Position numbers and translations under genes: made by a program
From: Treponemataceae bacterium
GTDB taxonomy: Bacteria; Spirochaetota; Spirochaetia; Treponematales; Rectinemataceae
Assembly: GCA_963677895.2 (NCBI GenBank)
Contig: CAXXGJ010000019.1
Span: forward strand, 1 to 12,004
Reading direction: 5' to 3'
DNA: 12,004 bases
The notes under the pieces: model-generated
The model's input: the letters and a program-made list of their open reading frames with translations, nothing else
Database searches by the model: none
What the model was told of the DNA's origin: nothing
Shown here: positions 8,705 through 12,004 of the stretch, piece after piece
Layout of the letters: each line of letters opens with the position of its first letter
Position numbering within the stretch: the stretch's first letter is position 1

Positions 8705-9673
8705 CTAATGATTCCTCTCAACTGCAAAGAGCGTCAATTGTAGCAGAGCTTTCGTTATAATTTGAATCCCCCAAGCACTGAATTGCTGCTTTTGCTAACT
8801 CGCTTCCTGAACAGCACGCGCTCTGGCGTGATCCAGGGCGCCGCTGCTGCGAATCGCATCGAGCACCAGAGGGAAGTCATCCCGACCGCCTTCTTCAATT
8901 GCCTTGCGCACACAGGCAGCTTGGTCGGGAGTGCCGTGCTGCATCACGTAGATCAGCGGCAAGGTCGGTTTTCCCTCGGCCAGATCATCACCAAGATGCT
9001 TTCCGGTGTCTGCCTCCTGCCCGGAGTAATCGAGAACATCATCGATCAACTGAAAAGCCGTACCAAGATGCATGCCATAAGCAGTCAGCGCCTTTTCCAC
9101 TTCAGGCGTCGCCTGACCAAGAATTGCACCAAGCTGAGCTGCCGCCTCGAACAACTTGGCTGTCTTGTAGTGGATGACTTGCATGTAGCGCGCCTCATCG
9201 ACATCGGCATCATGGCAGTTCATCAACTGCAGCACCTCGCCCTCGGCGATGACATTCGTCGCATCGGAGAGGACCTGCATCACCCGCATGTTGTCGACCG
9301 CGACCATCATCTGGAAAGCGCGCGAGTAAAGGAAATCTCCGACCAGAACGCTGGCAGCATTGCCGAACATGGCATTGGCGGTATCGCGACCACGGCGCAA
9401 CGCAGACTCATCGACAACGTCGTCGTGCAGCAGAGTGGCCGTGTGAATGAATTCGACGACGGCAGCCATTTCCTGATGCCGGGTCCCCTGGTAGTCCAGA
9501 GCGCCGGCCGCCAGCAGAACCAGCGCCGGGCGCATGCGTTTGCCGCCACTGCTGATGATGTATTCGGCCACCTGCCGGACCAGCACCACGTCGGAGTAAA
9601 GACGGTCGCGGATGACCGCATCGACGGCCTTCATGTCGGGCCCGATCAGGGCATAGAGCTGTTCCAGAGTCAC
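8705..9673 (-). CDS. ispB: Octaprenyl-diphosphate synthase (polyprenyl synthetase); as written stops at 8795, two compensating indels (near 8801 and 8750-8760) restore 322 aa
   Basis: AAGGA RBS + GTG 9673; SGGKRMRP, EFIHTATLLHDDVVD, LRRG, VLVGDFL, EGEVLQL, YKTAKLF, GTAFQLIDDVLDY, GKHLGDDLAEGKPTLP. Repaired tail reads approximately QEAELAKAAIQCLGDSNYNEALLQLTLFAVERNH, with TAG at 8707-8705. Confidence 0.93.
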
Positions 9674-9701
9674 GGCAGGCAATTCCTTGAAGAAGCGCGG
9701 A

Positions 9702-9730
9702 ATCTTAGGGGCCTGACGGTGCCCAGTCAA
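9702..9730 (-). promoter_or_regulatory. Sigma-70 promoter for ispB (and probably tRNA-Pro)
   Basis: Minus strand TTGACT (9730-9725), 17-nt spacer, TAAGAT (9707-9702), 29 nt upstream of GTG 9673. Confidence 0.65.
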
Positions 9731-9750
9731 GGCCGAACAATCAAGGATAC

Positions 9751-9780
9751 ACTCCGTCGGAGTCCGCAGTTTGTTAAACT
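9751..9780 (+). promoter_or_regulatory. Palindrome plus candidate extended -10 for the HPt/HD-GYP-tcdA operon
   Basis: ACTCCG-T-CGGAGT (9751-9763) at the -35 position relative to TG-T-TAAACT (9772-9780). Confidence 0.35.
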
Positions 9781-9812
9781 CCTTCGATTAAATAAAATCA
9801 TTGGGAGAGGGC

Positions 9813-10916
9813 ATGGAGATTCGTTCATTCGTTGCACCAGTCATCCAGGATAGAGAAGCGCTGGAGGAGTTTGCTGATGCTTTGAACGACCGAGCTCCAG
9901 AAATTGAGCGTGACGTTGCCCAGCTCAAGGAAACGCCTCTGGACCGTGAGGTCACTGCCAGCCTTTTCCGAGCGGTCCACAATATCAAGGGCGACTCTTC
10001 ACTCTGTAAGTTCGACCTGGGTGTCGCCATTGCCCACCCAATCGAAACGATGATGGGGCGCTTCCGGGAAGGGGAAATTCACTTCTCTGATCTGCTGGCC
10101 GAACTGGTATTGCTTGCTGTCGACCGACTGGAACTGGCCACTGATGCCCTGCTAACCAACAAACCACTGGATAATCTCCGCCTGCAAGTCCTCGTTCAAG
10201 GGCTGGAAGAGGTTGTGCTGGAGAGTCCCCAGCAAATCGAGTTCAGCTGCGCAGACCTGATCGAAGCAGTCACCGGCTTCCCTCCGGTCATACCCGAGAT
10301 TTCGAGCCGCCCACCCAAAGGGGCGGCGCCAAAATCCAGCCAGAAGAATGCCAATAGCGACCTTCAATTTTTCCGTTCTCTGGCCTTGCAGTTCGAAAGC
10401 CGCTCGCCCCTATTCAAGGGACGAACGATGCGTATCCTTCGTCTCGCCCAGGAAACCAACAAGGCGGGCAGCAACACAGTCGATCCGGTGCAACTCGAAG
10501 CGGCGGTTTATCTGCACGATGTGGGCATGATGCTGCTACCCGAATCAATCTGGTTGAAAGTTGGCAAAATGTCCCCGGAAGACAAGGTCGCCTTGCGCAA
10601 CCACCCCGGCTTCGCAGCCGGACTGCTACTTCGCATGCCCGGCTGGGAACCCGCAGCAGAAATGGTCGCTCAACACCATGAAATGCACGATGGCGGGGGC
10701 TATCCCAATCAATTGCAAAGCCCGGCCATATGCCCCGGCGCGAAAATTCTCTCGATTGTCGATGCCTTCGAAGCAGTGATGCTCAAGCACATCCATCGCG
10801 GCAAAAACCGCTCGGTACTTCGCGCCATCGCCGAAATCAACGCTTGCGACAACCAGTTTGCGCCGGAGTGGATCGCGCCCTTCAACACCGTGATTCGCAA
10901 GACTATAGAAACGTGA
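9813..10916 (+). CDS. HPt (CheA P1-like) + HD-GYP domain protein, 367 aa
   Basis: GGAGAGG RBS + ATG 9813; N-terminal LFRAVHNIKG...AHPIETMM..FREG resembles the HPt/CheA P1 motif; Pro/Ser-rich linker; C-terminal AAVYLHDVG, RNHP, QHHEMHDGGGYP, GAKILSIVDAF, FAPEW. Confidence 0.88.
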   Translation: MEIRSFVAPVIQDREALEEFADALNDRAPEIERDVAQLKETPLDREVTASLFRAVHNIKGDSSLCKFDLGVAIAHPIETMMGRFREGEIHFSDLLAELVLLAVDRLELATDALLTNKPLDNLRLQVLVQGLEEVVLESPQQIEFSCADLIEAVTGFPPVIPEISSRPPKGAAPKSSQKNANSDLQFFRSLALQFESRSPLFKGRTMRILRLAQETNKAGSNTVDPVQLEAAVYLHDVGMMLLPESIWLKVGKMSPEDKVALRNHPGFAAGLLLRMPGWEPAAEMVAQHHEMHDGGGYPNQLQSPAICPGAKILSIVDAFEAVMLKHIHRGKNRSVLRAIAEINACDNQFAPEWIAPFNTVIRKTIET

Positions 10917-11683
10917 TGACTTTCGATCGTGAACGACGGTTTGGGGGCGTCACACGCCTATATGGCAGCGAGGGTGCGGAACGTATTCGGCAAGCCAATG
11001 TCTGCATCGTTGGCATCGGAGGCGTCGGCTCCTGGATCGTCGAAGCTCTGGCCCGAACTGGCGTCAACCGGATGACGCTTGTAGATCTGGACATGGTGGC
11101 TGAATCCAACACCAATCGGCAAATTCACGCCCTAGGGGATATCTACGGCAAAGCCAAAGTGGAGGCCATGGCAGAGCGGGTGCGCGCCATTAATCCTGAG
11201 TGCACCGTGACTTGCATTGAAGACTTTGTTACCCCTGAAAACCTTGCTCAGATTCTTGACCAACAATTCTCGGTGGTCATCGATGCCATCGACCAGGTCC
11301 GCGCCAAGGCCGCAATGATCGCCTTCTGCCGACGTCAAAAGACCCCGATCATCGTTGCCGGAGCAGCGGGCGGACAAATAGACCCAACGCAGATTCGCGT
11401 CACTGACCTCAGCCAGACGGTACAGGATCCGCTTCTTGCCAAGGTTCGCTCAACGCTTCGCCGTGAGCACGGCTTCCCGAAAGATACCAAGAAAAAATTC
11501 GGTGTTTCAGCAGTTTTCTCGACCGAACCCTTGCGCTACCCGGATAGCAAAAATACCTCCTGCGAAACGGAACGTGGCCCGGCCGGGCTGAATTGTGCAG
11601 GTTTCGGATCGTCAGTCTGCGTAACATCCGCATTTGGCATGGCGGCAGCCGCCCAAGCGATCAATCTGATCGTTAAATCATGA
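10916..11683 (+). CDS. tcdA: tRNA threonylcarbamoyladenosine dehydratase TcdA (ThiF/MoeB family), 255 aa
   Basis: ATG overlaps the upstream stop (TGATG); RRFGGVTRLYG, VGIGGVGSW.VEALARTG, DLDMVAESNTNRQIHA, VIDAID, AAGGQIDPTQI, QDPLLAKVR, VFSTE, LNCAGFGSSVCVTSAFG. Confidence 0.93.
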   Translation: MTFDRERRFGGVTRLYGSEGAERIRQANVCIVGIGGVGSWIVEALARTGVNRMTLVDLDMVAESNTNRQIHALGDIYGKAKVEAMAERVRAINPECTVTCIEDFVTPENLAQILDQQFSVVIDAIDQVRAKAAMIAFCRRQKTPIIVAGAAGGQIDPTQIRVTDLSQTVQDPLLAKVRSTLRREHGFPKDTKKKFGVSAVFSTEPLRYPDSKNTSCETERGPAGLNCAGFGSSVCVTSAFGMAAAAQAINLIVKS

Positions 11684-11790
11684 GCCGGACGCACAAGCTG
11701 CGCTCATGCAAGGCAGCCCCCGCTAGGTTCATTTCGACGAACCTTGATTTTAGGAAGCGCAGCAGCCTGATTCTGGCGTAGAAAACATCT

Positions 11791-12004
11791 CTAGACTTCA
11801 ATGCTGTCTAGCCAAACCTCCAGACCCTGAGCATTCAACTCCATGTCCGTTTCCCAGATTGCAAGCAACTCATCGTAAGCCAACTGACAACCATGCCGGC
11901 GGACTTCAGCCAGCAAATAATCAGTCATTGCCTGTTTGATTCGCTGATGGCGCAACTCTCCTGCATGCTTTTCCTGCAGTGCCAAAGCAATAAGCGCATC
12001 CAGA
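11791..12004 (-). CDS. 3' end of a gene entering from the right edge, probably an MBL-fold metallo-hydrolase
   Basis: Open frame ...LDALIALALQEKHAGELRHQRIKQAMTDYLLAEVRRHGCQ...DMELNAQGLEVWLDSIEV, TAG at 11793-11791. The D-x-ELNAQGL-x-VWL ending resembles a proteobacterial MBL-fold family from memory; catalytic motifs lie outside the window. Confidence 0.6.
   Translation of the reverse strand, partial: LDALIALALQEKHAGELRHQRIKQAMTDYLLAEVRRHGCQLAYDELLAIWETDMELNAQGLEVWLDSIEV

Noticed and set aside
1655..9853. Long antisense ORFs such as 1655-2413, 2860-3423, 3503-4126, 5486-6547 and 8762-9853
   Set aside because: They mirror well-supported genes on the other strand, as expected from GC-rich codon bias, and show no recognisable motifs.
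10730..10915. N-terminal extension of tcdA in the ORF track
   Set aside because: It overlaps the HD-GYP coding region; TcdA similarity begins at MTFDRERRFGG (10916).
9740..12004. Visibly lower GC and weaker codon bias on the right side as evidence of horizontal transfer
   Set aside because: The shift is modest by eye and not computed, it includes housekeeping tcdA, there are no mobility genes, and the contrast is with highly expressed maeB and pckG.
1..12004. CRISPR array, IS, toxin-antitoxin or defence system
   Set aside because: No regularly spaced repeats, terminal inverted repeats, transposase or nuclease motifs were seen; nearly all sequence is explained by the listed genes.

Overview
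Core chromosomal segment of a GC-rich betaproteobacterium (gene content and style suggest Rhodocyclales, Dechloromonas/Azonexus-like; this is inference). Left to right: the 5' part of maeB (-, runs off the left edge and is missing from the ORF track), divergent GTP-dependent PEP carboxykinase (+), a terminator, a class I/II PLP aminotransferase (+), the minus-strand operon PP0621-family Zn-finger gene-pilS-pilR-ampD, a terminator, tRNA-Pro(CGG) and ispB (-), then a divergent CheA-P1-like HPt + HD-GYP gene translationally coupled to tcdA (+), and the 3' end of a probable MBL-fold hydrolase (-). Five genes, including normally essential ispB, are broken by seven single-base indels, which most likely reflect sequencing/consensus error rather than real pseudogenes. 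No mobile element, CRISPR array or defence system is visible. The best candidate for under-described biology is the HPt-HD-GYP fusion with a partly degenerate active site.
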